Shown: positions 20,387 through 31,105, counted from the stretch's first letter. The stretch: DNA of 64,000 nucleotides from a bacterium (GCA_046758365.1 JBHIAC010000002.1:1-64000); one strand, 5' to 3'. Notes: a model not told the origin generated them from the sequence alone. Made by a program: numbers and translations.

Positions 20387-21823
20387 TTATTCCAGCTCGA
20401 AAGCGATGAACATCAACCGTCCCTGCCGCTCGACCTGAACGACCACAGGATCAAAGACTTTGAGATTAGCTACCGCTGAACGCAATTCCGCGAGGCCTGC
20501 GACTGGGTCACCATTAATTGAATAAATTACATCACGTGGTAATAATCCGTTTTCCCAATAGGGAGCGTTGGCAGCTCTTGTAGCCACCACAACACCTGTC
20601 TCTTTTCTAAGTGGTGGAAGCATTTTCGCGATTTTAGGGTCAAGATCAATTCCCAGAATACCCAATTTTGGGATAAGGTTTCTTTCTGGGCTGACCAAGG
20701 CTGCAAATCGTTCAGGATCATTGGCCCGTTCGATAACCGATACTTGCATAATGAGATTTTCTGAACCTCGCAGCACTTCTAGCGTTACAAAGTCATCTAT
20801 AGAACGATGGTATAGATTTACGTCAAACTGGCGGCCATTTTCCATTATTTTACCATCTATCGTTAGAATTACGTCTCCAACCTTAAGGCCTGCTTTATCG
20901 GCTGGTCCGTCTGGATAAACATCACCTAAAACGACTCCCCAGTTCTGAGGTAGTCCAAATCCGGCTGCTAAAGCAGGCGTAATGGTCTGTGCATGCACTC
21001 CGATCAAGCCGCGTCGGACACGACCTGTTTTGCGGATTTGTTCAAAGACATTTCGAACGATATTGCTGGGAGCCGCAAAACCAATTCCTTCGCTGCCACC
21101 AGACTGCGTGAAAATGAATGTATTAATCCCTACCACGCGGCCCCGAGTGTCCACAAGAGGCCCCCCACTGTTTCCTGGATTAATGGGGGCATCCGTTTGG
21201 ATATAAATCATCGGGTCTTCGGGTTGCAATTGGCGCGCTATGGAGCTTACAACACCCAAGGTTACTGTATTCTCCAAACCAAGAGGACTGCCAAAAGCCA
21301 ATACCAAATGTCCTTGCCGAAGCTCGTCAGAATCACCTAATTTCAGAAAGGGTAAGTTTTTTTCTTGAATTTTTAATACTGCTAGCTCGGTTTCCCTATC
21401 GATGCCCACAATTTGGGCGCCAATGATTTTACCTCTGGCTTTTAGGATGGATTGCCTCTCGACATTATCTTCCAATGAAGCTGCTAACACGACTTGGACG
21501 CGTCTTGCACCTTCTACAACATGGGCGTTGGTGATGATGTAACCATCAGGATCAAGGATAACACCTGAACCGCTGCTACGCTGTCTTGTTATCAAATTTG
21601 AACTGGTCGAGCTAACTCCCTGAGCCGGCACATACATCATTGTAAAAATCTGTACTACTGATGGACTCACACGCTCTGCTAAGGCTTCGAAATCGCTGCT
21701 GAGTTTGCTCAAAGCTAATATAGAATTTTTATCTGATGAGGATTGCGCCAAAACATCACAGTGGGGAAGGATTAAGTAGAGAATCATTAAAAAGAAAATT
21801 AGGCGATATAATTTATTCCTCAT
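20387..21823 (-). CDS. htrA: HtrA/DegP-family serine protease with two PDZ domains
   Basis: 'TNAHVV', 'QTDAPINPGNSGGPL', PDZ 'GPADKAGLKVGDVI', signal peptide. Confidence 0.92.
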   Translation of the reverse strand: MRNKLYRLIFFLMILYLILPHCDVLAQSSSDKNSILALSKLSSDFEALAERVSPSVVQIFTMMYVPAQGVSSTSSNLITRQRSSGSGVILDPDGYIITNAHVVEGARRVQVVLAASLEDNVERQSILKARGKIIGAQIVGIDRETELAVLKIQEKNLPFLKLGDSDELRQGHLVLAFGSPLGLENTVTLGVVSSIARQLQPEDPMIYIQTDAPINPGNSGGPLVDTRGRVVGINTFIFTQSGGSEGIGFAAPSNIVRNVFEQIRKTGRVRRGLIGVHAQTITPALAAGFGLPQNWGVVLGDVYPDGPADKAGLKVGDVILTIDGKIMENGRQFDVNLYHRSIDDFVTLEVLRGSENLIMQVSVIERANDPERFAALVSPERNLIPKLGILGIDLDPKIAKMLPPLRKETGVVVATRAANAPYWENGLLPRDVIYSINGDPVAGLAELRSAVANLKVFDPVVVQVERQGRLMFIAFELE

Positions 21824-21899
21824 GATTACTCCTTATGGTATTACCACTCAATTCTTTGTTTTTTTGACAAATAAATTTGATATATTAGAAATCTTTCGT

Positions 21900-22688
21900 T
21901 TACCTTATTTGTCCTAAATAAACTTTGGTGTCATACTTAAACTTTACTTTGTCATCTACTTGAAAATTAAGAAAAATGGTTTGTAATTCATCCATCATAG
22001 CCTCATATTTTGGCTGACCTTTCATTGGAACATAAGATGATGATAAAAGCCTGCCTTTGAATCCCTCAAAATCAACAACTTGCATATTTTCAAAAATTTT
22101 CATCTTGAAGCCATGAGGTCGAAAAAACCATCTAAAAACTTCTTCGTCTAAATTTTTATGATCCACTTTTTTGTAGTCTATGCTGAAGGTGTTTAGCAAT
22201 TCTTCATACGCTTTTAGAAATGGCGTTGCATCTGTTTTTCTGTCGCTCCAGATCAGGACAACCCATCCGTTTGGTTTCAATATACGTAAAAACTCTTGCC
22301 TTGCCTTTTCTAAATGAAACCAATGAAAAGCCTGGCCAGCCGTGACGAAATCCACACTATGTTGTTCTAAAGAAGTTTCTTCCGCGGTTCCGTTGATGCT
22401 TTTGAAATTATCATATTTTAACAAGAGTTTTTCCGCAGCCTCTCGCATTTCTTTGTTTGGCTCGACAGCAAATACGCCATTTCCGTTTTTTAAAAAAAGT
22501 TCAGAAAGTATCCCGGTTCCTGAACCAACATCCGCTACGATAGAAGCACTTGTTAGCCCACAATCTTCTTTTAAAGTGTGAATAATCTTTTTTGGATAAC
22601 TGGGACGATATTTGATGTAATTCGCAACTCGATTAGAAAACCGCTTTGTTGGATTTAATTGGCAAGGAGCTTGATAATCTATTTTCAC
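21900..22688 (-). CDS. Class I SAM-dependent methyltransferase
   Basis: 'YIKYRPSYP', 'ADVGSGTG' and 'GQAFHWF'. Confidence 0.9.
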   Translation of the reverse strand: MKIDYQAPCQLNPTKRFSNRVANYIKYRPSYPKKIIHTLKEDCGLTSASIVADVGSGTGILSELFLKNGNGVFAVEPNKEMREAAEKLLLKYDNFKSINGTAEETSLEQHSVDFVTAGQAFHWFHLEKARQEFLRILKPNGWVVLIWSDRKTDATPFLKAYEELLNTFSIDYKKVDHKNLDEEVFRWFFRPHGFKMKIFENMQVVDFEGFKGRLLSSSYVPMKGQPKYEAMMDELQTIFLNFQVDDKVKFKYDTKVYLGQIR

Positions 22689-22700
22689 TTCTTTAAAATT

Positions 22701-23396
22701 CTATTCTTCTTTTGATAGGATGATTGAAGTCATCAAGCGAGCCAGAATTTCACCACGGTTTGTGAAAAACAGCCATTTTCCAGTGTCATCAACAACAGGC
22801 AGAGAATCTAGGTGAAGTTTCTGCATCTCCTCTAAAACTTCTTTCGCAGTAGTGCCTGGTCCCACGCTGTGCTTACTAACACCGCTCATATTTTTCAATT
22901 CATCAAAACGAACTTTATCCAGGTGAGAGGGCAGCTGGGCGACAAATGAAGCTGAGTTCATCCAACCAACAAACTTGTTCCTTTGTTGGATAACCACAAA
23001 ATGCAAGCCAAGCGTACTTATGTATTCTTTAAGTAGTTTTACAGAATAATTTTGAATATCATCAAGAAGAAGTAAGGTGTTTATTGTTTTTGTAGGCGAT
23101 TTTGCAAGATCTGCCTGTAATTTTAAAAGAGCAGACCTGGAACCCTTCCTCACCACACCTTCTGCCCCGCCAATTCCAGCAATTGATAGATTATCAAAAG
23201 ACAATTCTCTAATTTCCGTCTTCGTTGCTGTTTCACCCAACTTTAAAAATCCTCCGATCTCAAAGCTACCACCCGACTTAATACGGTCTAAAGAAACAGT
23301 ATATATTTCACTAACCTCGCTGCGAAATATTAATAACAAAATACCTAGAATAACGGGCCAGACTAGTTTATTAATCAGTGGAATCCAATCTTTCAT
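22701..23396 (-). CDS. Membrane-anchored protein with a C-terminal CBS domain (probable gene cassette)
   Basis: Likely start MKDWIP at 23396 with GGAGG SD; N-terminal TM; CBS-like 'AKEVLEEMQKLHLDSLPVVD'. The ORF-track extension runs through the attC. Confidence 0.7.
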   Translation of the reverse strand: MKDWIPLINKLVWPVILGILLLIFRSEVSEIYTVSLDRIKSGGSFEIGGFLKLGETATKTEIRELSFDNLSIAGIGGAEGVVRKGSRSALLKLQADLAKSPTKTINTLLLLDDIQNYSVKLLKEYISTLGLHFVVIQQRNKFVGWMNSASFVAQLPSHLDKVRFDELKNMSGVSKHSVGPGTTAKEVLEEMQKLHLDSLPVVDDTGKWLFFTNRGEILARLMTSIILSKEE

Positions 23397-23473
23397 TTTA
23401 GCCTCCAAATAATATTTCAGTGAAAGCTGACTTCTAATAATTGGAAAATTCCCTTGTAATTCTCCATGCGTGC

Positions 23474-23563
23474 TTCTAACGGCTGCGAGCTGAGCGGCGC
23501 CACACGAAAGGGTCATTTGATTTTCGTGCAGCTGGCGGCGTCCGCTACAGCGAGTCGTTAACT
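23474..23563 (-). mobile_element. Integron attC-like recombination site (about 90 bp)
   Basis: Minus strand reads AGTTAAC-GACTCGCTGTAGCGGACGCC...GGCGCCGCTCAGCTCGCAGCC-GTTAGAA, an imperfect palindrome with AAC/GTT core sites 7 nt after the cupin stop. Confidence 0.75.
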
Positions 23564-23570
23564 GGAGAGC

Positions 23571-23936
23571 CTATATCCAGATATCGCCCTCCGCAGTTAG
23601 CTCACCACTGGCGTCTCCGGTATTGATCGTCCCTACTGGTTCCACGAGCATGATTAGGCACTCCTGGGCCGCAAACGGCTTGTGTTCAATACCCTTTTGA
23701 ACAACAAACATCTCTCCCTTGCCCAGGTGGACCTGCCCATCTCGGAATTCGATCATCATGCTGCCGTCCATCACGATGAAGACTTCGTCGGTGTCTTCAT
23801 GCTTGTGCCAGACGAAGTCCCCTTGAATCTTCACCAACTTGAAGTGATAGTCGTTCATCTGCGCGATGATCTTTGGAGCCCACAGGTCGGAGAACTTGGC
23901 AAATTTTTCTGTGATGTTGACAACTTCAGTATTCAT
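23571..23936 (-). CDS. Cupin-domain protein (probable gene cassette)
   Basis: '[13 protein letters not shown]' and 'GIEHKP' cupin motifs; visibly more GC-rich than its neighbours. Confidence 0.9.
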   Translation of the reverse strand: MNTEVVNITEKFAKFSDLWAPKIIAQMNDYHFKLVKIQGDFVWHKHEDTDEVFIVMDGSMMIEFRDGQVHLGKGEMFVVQKGIEHKPFAAQECLIMLVEPVGTINTGDASGELTAEGDIWI

Positions 23937-24083
23937 GTTCGTCCAAAACTGCTCTCCTGCTAATATTAAAGTAATAGAAGATTAAAATTGTTTCAAATAA
24001 TTTAAAATTAAATTTATTGTTTCAAGTTCTATGGAAGTCCACTGAGCTGACAAAATTCGGATTACAACCAGCAGGCATTTATT

Positions 24084-25538
24084 TTAAATCTGTCGTTCCT
24101 TCCAGCGACCTCGGCGGAAAATTAAGATACCCACAATCCCTACCATTGATTCTGCTATTATAATGGCGAGAAAAACACCTCTTTCAGCGAAACCCAGCGG
24201 TAAAGCAAGTCCATAAGCAAGGGGAATCTCAAGCAGCCAAAAGCAGAAGAAATTGATAATCGTCGGGGTGGTGGTATCCCCGGCTCCGTTGAATGCTTGT
24301 GTCATGACCATGCCGTAGGCATAAAATAGATAGCCATAACTAATAAAGCGTAAGCAATCGGCTCCAATAGCCACGACAGCAGGTTCACTGGTAAATAAAC
24401 GGACTAGGAACTCAGAAAAAGAGATGAAGATAATTGCAATCATGCCTAAAAACACCATGTTGATTATGCCAGACATCCAAACTGAACGCTCGGCTCGTTC
24501 AGGTTTTTGGGCGCCAAGGTTTTGACCCACCAAAGTAGCGGCAGCATTGCTCATGCCCCAGGAGGGGAGGATTGAAAAGACAATGATGCGCACAGCAATG
24601 GTATACCCTGCCAGAGCCTCGCTTCCGAAAACTGCCATGATGCGAACTAGTCCAACCCAGCTTGATGTTGCAATCAGAAATTGTCCGATTCCTCCCAGTG
24701 AAACACGCAGTAGCCGTAGCATTACATCTGGATTTAGCCGTAGCTGACTGCGTTGTACCTGAATTCGGCTGGTGCCGCGAAAGAGTACCCACAGTTGGAA
24801 GAGAACGCCAATGCCTCGACCAATGGTTGTTGCGACGGCTGCGCCTGTGACACCCAATTGTGGGAACGGTCCCAGCCCAAAAATGAAGCACGGATCAAGG
24901 ATGATATTAATAAGATTGGCGAGCCACAGGATGCGCATAGCAATTGCGGCGTCCCCTGCACCACGGAATACGGCATTGATAATGAACAAGAGCATGATAA
25001 TAGCATTACTACCGATTAAAACTGCCGTGTACTTGTATCCCGATTCAATAATACCTATTGCGGCGCCCATGAGTTGCAGAAGATTTGGTGCGAAGAAAAC
25101 GGCGATAGCGGTGAATGGTAGTGACACGGCAATCCCAACGCCTATTGCTTGTACGGCAGCAATAGAAGCGCCTGCTCTATTCTTCTCACCGATTCGACGG
25201 GCGACCATAGCCGTGGTCGCCATACTGAGGCCTACAGCAATAGCGTACACTATAGTGAGCATCGACTCGGTTAAACCAACCGTTGCCACGGCATCCGCAC
25301 CAAGTTTTGACACGAAAAAGATATCCACAACCGCAAACACCGACTCCATAACCATCTCTAAAACCATTGGAATGGAGAGGAGCAAGATGGCACGGCCTAT
25401 GCTGCCTTCGGTGAAATCTTGTTCTGTGCCAAGGATTGCTTCGCGCAGGTCTTTCCATAAAGTGACCAGTCGGTTATTTGTTTTAGACTCAAGAACCGCT
25501 GACACGGTTGTGGGATTGTTGTTTAATGGCTTGTTCAT
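24084..25538 (-). CDS. MATE family efflux transporter
   Basis: '[24 protein letters not shown]', 'RGAGDA', 'VGQNLGA' and about 12 TM segments. Confidence 0.95.
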   Translation of the reverse strand: MNKPLNNNPTTVSAVLESKTNNRLVTLWKDLREAILGTEQDFTEGSIGRAILLLSIPMVLEMVMESVFAVVDIFFVSKLGADAVATVGLTESMLTIVYAIAVGLSMATTAMVARRIGEKNRAGASIAAVQAIGVGIAVSLPFTAIAVFFAPNLLQLMGAAIGIIESGYKYTAVLIGSNAIIMLLFIINAVFRGAGDAAIAMRILWLANLINIILDPCFIFGLGPFPQLGVTGAAVATTIGRGIGVLFQLWVLFRGTSRIQVQRSQLRLNPDVMLRLLRVSLGGIGQFLIATSSWVGLVRIMAVFGSEALAGYTIAVRIIVFSILPSWGMSNAAATLVGQNLGAQKPERAERSVWMSGIINMVFLGMIAIIFISFSEFLVRLFTSEPAVVAIGADCLRFISYGYLFYAYGMVMTQAFNGAGDTTTPTIINFFCFWLLEIPLAYGLALPLGFAERGVFLAIIIAESMVGIVGILIFRRGRWKERQI

Positions 25539-25811
25539 ATTTTCCCTTTATGTTAAATGTTACTCTACGTTCTAGCATTGATGCGGGTTTCACTCCCCTA
25601 ATGCTACAGAATAAATTAATTTTAGTTTTTGAAAAAAATGAAATTGAAAGGGAGGATAATTCGCTTAGAATTACTGAATTAATTCAGTGAGGATTACTTC
25701 ACAAATTGTGGGTGTCAAAAAATTATTTTTGAGGATCTTTTATAATGCAGTTTGCTTAATTTAACGATAAAAGCTTGTTGCTTTTTTAAAATTTTAACAT
25801 TAAGCGAATTA

Positions 25812-25856
25812 TCAACCCTCGTACTTTACAATTACCGCTGGAAAATCAATTTGCAT
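25812..25856 (-). CDS. Putative 14-aa leader peptide MQIDFPAVIVKYEG upstream of the MATE gene
   Basis: GAAGGAG SD 7 nt before the ATG; the stop codon lies in one arm of a long inverted repeat. Confidence 0.35.
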   Translation of the reverse strand: MQIDFPAVIVKYEG

Positions 25857-26317
25857 ATGTAATCTCCTTCGGATTAGAACTTCATTAACTTGTTTTTTAT
25901 TATTGCACTAAAAATAATAAAAAATTTTAAATAAGCAAGTCAAATTTTGAAGAAAATGAATTAATTTTTCAATTAAATGTCAAAAATACCAGTCAAAAAA
26001 TTATAAATAATTAAAATTTATATAGAACGTAAAAATAGATTTCTGTTTTGGTAAATATGTTGAGTTAATTAAACGCCACGATAATTAGTTAAATAGTCAC
26101 TATCAATCTTCCGGTTGTATATTTAAGTATAACTTAATAACAATGATTCAATTGTATTAATTTAGAATCCCAAAAAATTTAAAGTGCATAATATAAATAA
26201 AGCTATATTGAGATAGATTTTTTAGTTGCATATTTTTTTATTTCTAATTAATTTAAAAGAATCCGGGCAACATTCTATAAAATTATTTTGAAAATTTGAA
26301 TAATAGGTTAAAATATT

Positions 26318-27037
26318 ATGAATATTACTAATTCTGAAATCAACATAATTTCTTCTAAAGATCTAGATATAAGATTAAAAGCCTTTGAATTTGAAAAACA
26401 TTTGAAAAAGTTTTTTACACTTCCTCAAATAATTCCAATGCCAGATGATTTTCATCCTGAAGCTCCGCGTATCATTTTTTCTACTCCCCATGGTCATTCA
26501 ACCTTGACGATAAGTCAAGTAAATTTTAGTTTGAAAACAAGATATGATGGGGATTTTACAGAAAATTTAAATAAATGTATCGAATATCTAGATGAAAGAA
26601 TTAATCTTGTTTTTTCTATGTTGAAAGAATCTCGCATTACTCTCTATTATATTGGCGTAATTTTTAATTTTGAAATACCTTTTACGCAAAAAAATAATCC
26701 TGTTGTTGCCTTATCACAAAAGTTTCTTAATTATAAACTAAACTTCATCAATAGCCTATTTGATGTAAGCTTCAAATTCACAACTTGTTATGATAACACC
26801 TTTTATAAGAATTTAATATTTAAAAACTACAGACGGTATCAAAAGAAATCAATCCCAAAACCAAGCCCGGCATTTTTGGACTTAGAAGAAGAAGGTATTC
26901 AAGTTCAAGCAGATATTAATGATCGCTTTGCTTTTAATATAAACAAAGATTATGAAACTAATGAAGAGGTTCTTTCAAAAATTTATGATATATTAAAAAA
27001 TGCATATGAAGAAATACCAAAAATGATGGAGAATTAA
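26318..27037 (+). CDS. Hypothetical protein, TIGR04255-like alpha/beta fold (tentative)
   Basis: AT-rich 239-aa ORF with 'PRIIF', 'YIGVIFNFEIP' and 'IQADIND' patterns. Confidence 0.45.
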   Translation: MNITNSEINIISSKDLDIRLKAFEFEKHLKKFFTLPQIIPMPDDFHPEAPRIIFSTPHGHSTLTISQVNFSLKTRYDGDFTENLNKCIEYLDERINLVFSMLKESRITLYYIGVIFNFEIPFTQKNNPVVALSQKFLNYKLNFINSLFDVSFKFTTCYDNTFYKNLIFKNYRRYQKKSIPKPSPAFLDLEEEGIQVQADINDRFAFNINKDYETNEEVLSKIYDILKNAYEEIPKMMEN

Positions 27038-27322
27038 ATGTTAGATGTGTTAGGTGAAACAACTTCAACTTCAAACCTGTATGACAAACATTTCATCGTT
27101 TCTGCATTATCACAGCCTCCTTTTCTGTTACTAGATTTGGATTATACTGACAAATCAATTGATTCATCAAAAATTTCTGATTCAGCATCTTTGGAATCAA
27201 ATTTTGATAGTGAAAGGGAATCTAAATTAGAAATTCTCATGTCAATTTTTCCGGGTATAAGAGAAATGACGGAAAAAGAGGCTGAAGAGTATCAGGAATT
27301 TTTAGAAGCGTATTTTGACTGA
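27038..27322 (+). CDS. Small acidic hypothetical protein (antitoxin-like)
   Basis: 94 aa, Ser/Asp/Glu-rich; abuts the upstream stop and overlaps the downstream start. Confidence 0.55.
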   Translation: MLDVLGETTSTSNLYDKHFIVSALSQPPFLLLDLDYTDKSIDSSKISDSASLESNFDSERESKLEILMSIFPGIREMTEKEAEEYQEFLEAYFD

Positions 27323-27875
27323 GCAAGGTATGTTGAAATCAATAGGGCGAATTATTGAAGAAATGATCCCTTCTGTTTCAGCAGAAACCCTTAAGGAATT
27401 CAAAAGAGATTTTCAAAGATTTAAATTCGACTCAAGCGCTTTTACTTCTATGCCAAAAGGCAATGTAATTTTTCAAGGTGATATAATTAAAGATATGCCT
27501 TTTACTTTTTATAATAAAGAGGGTGTTCAAAAAAATAGAAATTCCTGTGGTATGATGTTATCACACACATGTGACATGGCAAATCTTAAGAAGAATGTAA
27601 TATTTGCCTTTTGTATGCCTGCGTCCCATTATAAATTATCCAATTTCGAAGATGCGAAAAATCAACGTATAACAAATTTGATGTTTTTACCTACTCAACC
27701 TATATTAGGTGATGATTTGTTAGTTGATTTTAATTTAGTCACCACTTATTCGAGTCAATTCGTAAATGGAATTATTAAAAATAATAATCACTTAGCAACA
27801 TTAAAAGATTTAGGAAATTTTCTCTTCCTAATGAAACTAACAATTCACTTTTTTCGTGTTGAATTCCCGCATTGA
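27315..27875 (+). CDS. Hypothetical protein with a PemK/MazF-like motif pattern
   Basis: 'FQGDII..MPF...GMMLSHTCD' and 'LVDFNLVTT'. Confidence 0.5.
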   Translation: MTEQGMLKSIGRIIEEMIPSVSAETLKEFKRDFQRFKFDSSAFTSMPKGNVIFQGDIIKDMPFTFYNKEGVQKNRNSCGMMLSHTCDMANLKKNVIFAFCMPASHYKLSNFEDAKNQRITNLMFLPTQPILGDDLLVDFNLVTTYSSQFVNGIIKNNNHLATLKDLGNFLFLMKLTIHFFRVEFPH

Positions 27876-27878
27876 GCT

Positions 27879-30800
27879 TTAAACCTCATGCAAATATTTT
27901 TCCTTTTCCAGTGCTTTGCCATCAGGCTCGGGTGCGATCTCAAGTGCACGCCTTTCTCTGGTAATAATTCGACCTTTTTCATCCATGAAGCGTTTACCCA
28001 TTATGGAGCGCTTGATATCTCCGAGAATAGCATAGAGACAGGGAACCAAAAAGAGGGTCAAAATCGTTCCCACTGAAAGGCCCCAAACCATAACATTAGC
28101 TAAAGGTCCCCAAACATCTGATTTACCGCCAATACCGATGGCCATGGGAAGCAGGCCGAAAACTGTGGTGATGGTAGTCAAAAGGATAGGACGGAGGCGG
28201 AGTTTGCCAGCCATAAGAATCGAATGCCAGCGCCGTACCCTGCGTGCTCGAGCTTCGTTGATAAAACTAATGAATACCAACGCATCATTTACCGCCACAC
28301 CTGCCAGGGCTACCAGACCGTAAAGATTGTTGATGTTGAACGGACTGCCAATAAAGAGCAGACCCATGGTGGCGCCCCAAAAGGCAAAGATGATAGCCAT
28401 GAAAATAATGAGCGGCTGGAAAAAAGATTTGAACTGCCCACCTAAAATGATATACATCAGTATAAGTCCCACCAGAAAAAGCTGGCCGAGGTCGCTGAAG
28501 GCTTGTTTGAATTCTTCAAATTGGCCTCGGAAGACTAAATCGTAACCGGAGTATCGTTTACTGATATCGAAAAATCTGCGTTGAAGCTCCTTATTAACTT
28601 TCAACGCCGTGGTTTTGGATTTGTCGATATCCGCTTTGACGGTTATGGCCCGTTTGAGTTCATCGTGTTTGATAGAAGTATAACCCTGTTTTGTATTTAG
28701 CCGCGCCACGTCTTTTAAAGTAACCAGATGACCGAAAGGGGTCGCAATTTTCATGTTTTCCAAATCGGAAATATTTTGACGGCTGTCTTCTTTGTATTTT
28801 ACTACCACGTCGATTTCCTCATCGCCATCTCGAAATTCCGTAGCTACGCCGCCATCAAAGGCATAGTGTACGGTGGAGGCGATTTGAGCTACATTCAAAC
28901 CCACCAGAGCCGCTTTCTCCTCATCCACAACGATTTGCAGCTCCCTTTTGCCCGGCACAAAATCATCGCGGACATCGAATACACCAATCATGCTTTTCAG
29001 CTCATTTTTTATCAACTCAGCCACCTCTTCCAACTCATCAAGATAGTTGCCGCGGACTTTAACCTCCACAGGTGCCCCGGTGGGTGGGCCGTGATCAAAT
29101 ACTTTAAATTCAAGAGATTTGATACCAGCGATAGAATTTATTTGTCCCCTTAAATCTGCAATGATGTCATCAATACTACGCTTGCGTTTTTCTTTGTTTG
29201 TCAATTCCACTATGAGCTGCCCGACCGACGGTTTGAAAAACCACTCATCCTCTCTTTGCTGCAATCCAGAATTAGCCACCACATTTACTAATTCTGTCTC
29301 GGATAACGCAGAGATTATTTTTTCAACTTTTTGAATGACTTCATCAGTGATTTCTAATTTAGTTCCTTCAGGTAAATCAACAAATATGAACACTCGCGGA
29401 ATTTCTTCACTGGCAAACATGTCAATGCCCACCACCCAAATCAATGGAATACTGACTAAAATGATGAGGGTTGTAATGCCCAAAACCTGATAGCGGTATC
29501 GTAGAAACTTAACTAGATATTTTATATAGAGTCTTCTGAGCTTGTTAAATCTAATGAACCCTTCTCTAATATGGTTATGTTTACGGCTCCACTCGGCAAT
29601 ATGGGAAGGTAAGATGAAGAATGCTTCGAATAGCGAAGCCAACAGAGCTAATGTTACGACAATAGGGACAATTTTTAGAAATTGCCCGATAATTCCGCCC
29701 ATGAGCATTAGAGGCAGGAAAGCGGCGATGGTGGTCAAAGAAGAGGAAATCACAGGCATAGCCACCTGCTTTGTCCCAATTATAACCGCCTCCTTGGGTG
29801 GGTGGCCTTCTTGCATGTGGCGGTAACAGTTTTCAATGATGACAATAGCATCATCTACAATCATACCCAGAACCAGCACGAGGCCAAACAGAGCACTCCC
29901 ACTTAAGCTGGTGCTGGTGTATTTCATAAACAGAAATGTGAACATGAAGGTAACCGGGATGCCAATGGCCGCAAAAATAGCGTTTCTTAGCCCTAAAAAG
30001 AAATAAAGGCAGACCACCACTAAAATCATGCCAAGCCAAGCGTTGTTACGAAGGACGTTCAGGATTTCTTTGATGCGGATGGACGTGTCATTGATTACAT
30101 TGATGGAAACATTCGCTGGCAAACCCCGAGTTTCCCATTGGGGCAGGCGTTCCCTGCGGTATTTTTCAACTAAATCTTTAATTTCATCAATAATTTTAAT
30201 AGAATTGCCCTGCTTCTTTTTTGCCACTGTGAGCGTTACACTTGGTTCGCAATTAAAACGTGAAATGACTTCGGACTCCTCAAAGGTGTCGCGCACTTCG
30301 GCAATGTCTTCCACTCGCACATGGTGACCCATTGGATTGGCACGTAAGATGATTTTCTTTACTTGTTCGATCTTATCAATTTCGCCAACCGTTCTCACGA
30401 TATATTCCCAACGTCCCATTTTGATGTCGCCAGCCGACAGATCCAGATTTTTGCCGCGAATGGCCTCCATGACTTGCGAAAGAGCTAAGTCGTAGCTTTG
30501 CAATTTCTCGGGGTCTACCTCCACCCAGATTTCTCGATCCCGCACCCCTGCAATTAAACACTTGGAAACATTATTAATTTCTAAAATATCGTCTCGCAGA
30601 TCCTCGGCAAGTTTTTTCATTTCTATTTCGGAGATATTTCCACTCAGCACCACATTCACCATAGGAATATGATCCTGAGTGGTGAACTCGGTTATAATCG
30701 GGTCTTCGGCCCCTTCCGGCAGCTCTACTTTTTCAACTTCTGTGCGCACGTCCTGCAGTCGTTTATCAAGCTCATCATCGGACATAGTCTCAAATTTTAT

Positions 30801-31076
30801 CCACACAAAGGAAGCATTTTCCCGTGAAATGGAGGTGATATTGTCAATGCCTTCTACATCCCTTACCTCTTTTTCAACTTCATTGGTAATCAATTTTTCA
30901 GTATCTTCTGGCGATAAACCCGGGGCAGGTGTCCAGACGAAAATCCACGGGAAAGAAACTTCTGGCATCATCTCCCGCGGCAGGGTAAACAACGAATAGC
31001 TGCCGAGTACAATCACAGCAATCATGATCATGTTCACCAGAACGGGATTTTTAATGGAAAACTTTGCTATGGACAT
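27879..31076 (-). CDS. RND efflux permease (AcrB/AcrD/AcrF family)
   Basis: 'GMIVDDAIVIIEN' and 'RLRPILLTT'. Likely start MSIAKFS at 31076, because the longer ORF-track start lies in a repeat. Confidence 0.95.
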   Translation of the reverse strand: MSIAKFSIKNPVLVNMIMIAVIVLGSYSLFTLPREMMPEVSFPWIFVWTPAPGLSPEDTEKLITNEVEKEVRDVEGIDNITSISRENASFVWIKFETMSDDELDKRLQDVRTEVEKVELPEGAEDPIITEFTTQDHIPMVNVVLSGNISEIEMKKLAEDLRDDILEINNVSKCLIAGVRDREIWVEVDPEKLQSYDLALSQVMEAIRGKNLDLSAGDIKMGRWEYIVRTVGEIDKIEQVKKIILRANPMGHHVRVEDIAEVRDTFEESEVISRFNCEPSVTLTVAKKKQGNSIKIIDEIKDLVEKYRRERLPQWETRGLPANVSINVINDTSIRIKEILNVLRNNAWLGMILVVVCLYFFLGLRNAIFAAIGIPVTFMFTFLFMKYTSTSLSGSALFGLVLVLGMIVDDAIVIIENCYRHMQEGHPPKEAVIIGTKQVAMPVISSSLTTIAAFLPLMLMGGIIGQFLKIVPIVVTLALLASLFEAFFILPSHIAEWSRKHNHIREGFIRFNKLRRLYIKYLVKFLRYRYQVLGITTLIILVSIPLIWVVGIDMFASEEIPRVFIFVDLPEGTKLEITDEVIQKVEKIISALSETELVNVVANSGLQQREDEWFFKPSVGQLIVELTNKEKRKRSIDDIIADLRGQINSIAGIKSLEFKVFDHGPPTGAPVEVKVRGNYLDELEEVAELIKNELKSMIGVFDVRDDFVPGKRELQIVVDEEKAALVGLNVAQIASTVHYAFDGGVATEFRDGDEEIDVVVKYKEDSRQNISDLENMKIATPFGHLVTLKDVARLNTKQGYTSIKHDELKRAITVKADIDKSKTTALKVNKELQRRFFDISKRYSGYDLVFRGQFEEFKQAFSDLGQLFLVGLILMYIILGGQFKSFFQPLIIFMAIIFAFWGATMGLLFIGSPFNINNLYGLVALAGVAVNDALVFISFINEARARRVRRWHSILMAGKLRLRPILLTTITTVFGLLPMAIGIGGKSDVWGPLANVMVWGLSVGTILTLFLVPCLYAILGDIKRSIMGKRFMDEKGRIITRERRALEIAPEPDGKALEKEKYLHEV

Positions 31077-31105
31077 CTGTCTTGCTTCTAAAATAATATT
31101 TTTTG

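Noticed and set aside
20013..20409. Plus-strand ORFs of 105 and 69 aa
   Set aside because: They are antisense to the S1-like remnants and show no recognisable features.
23397..23516. N-terminal extension of the CBS ORF in the track
   Set aside because: It translates through the attC, while the ATG at 23396 has a good SD.
24772..25575. 267-aa plus-strand ORF
   Set aside because: It is an antisense shadow of the MATE gene.
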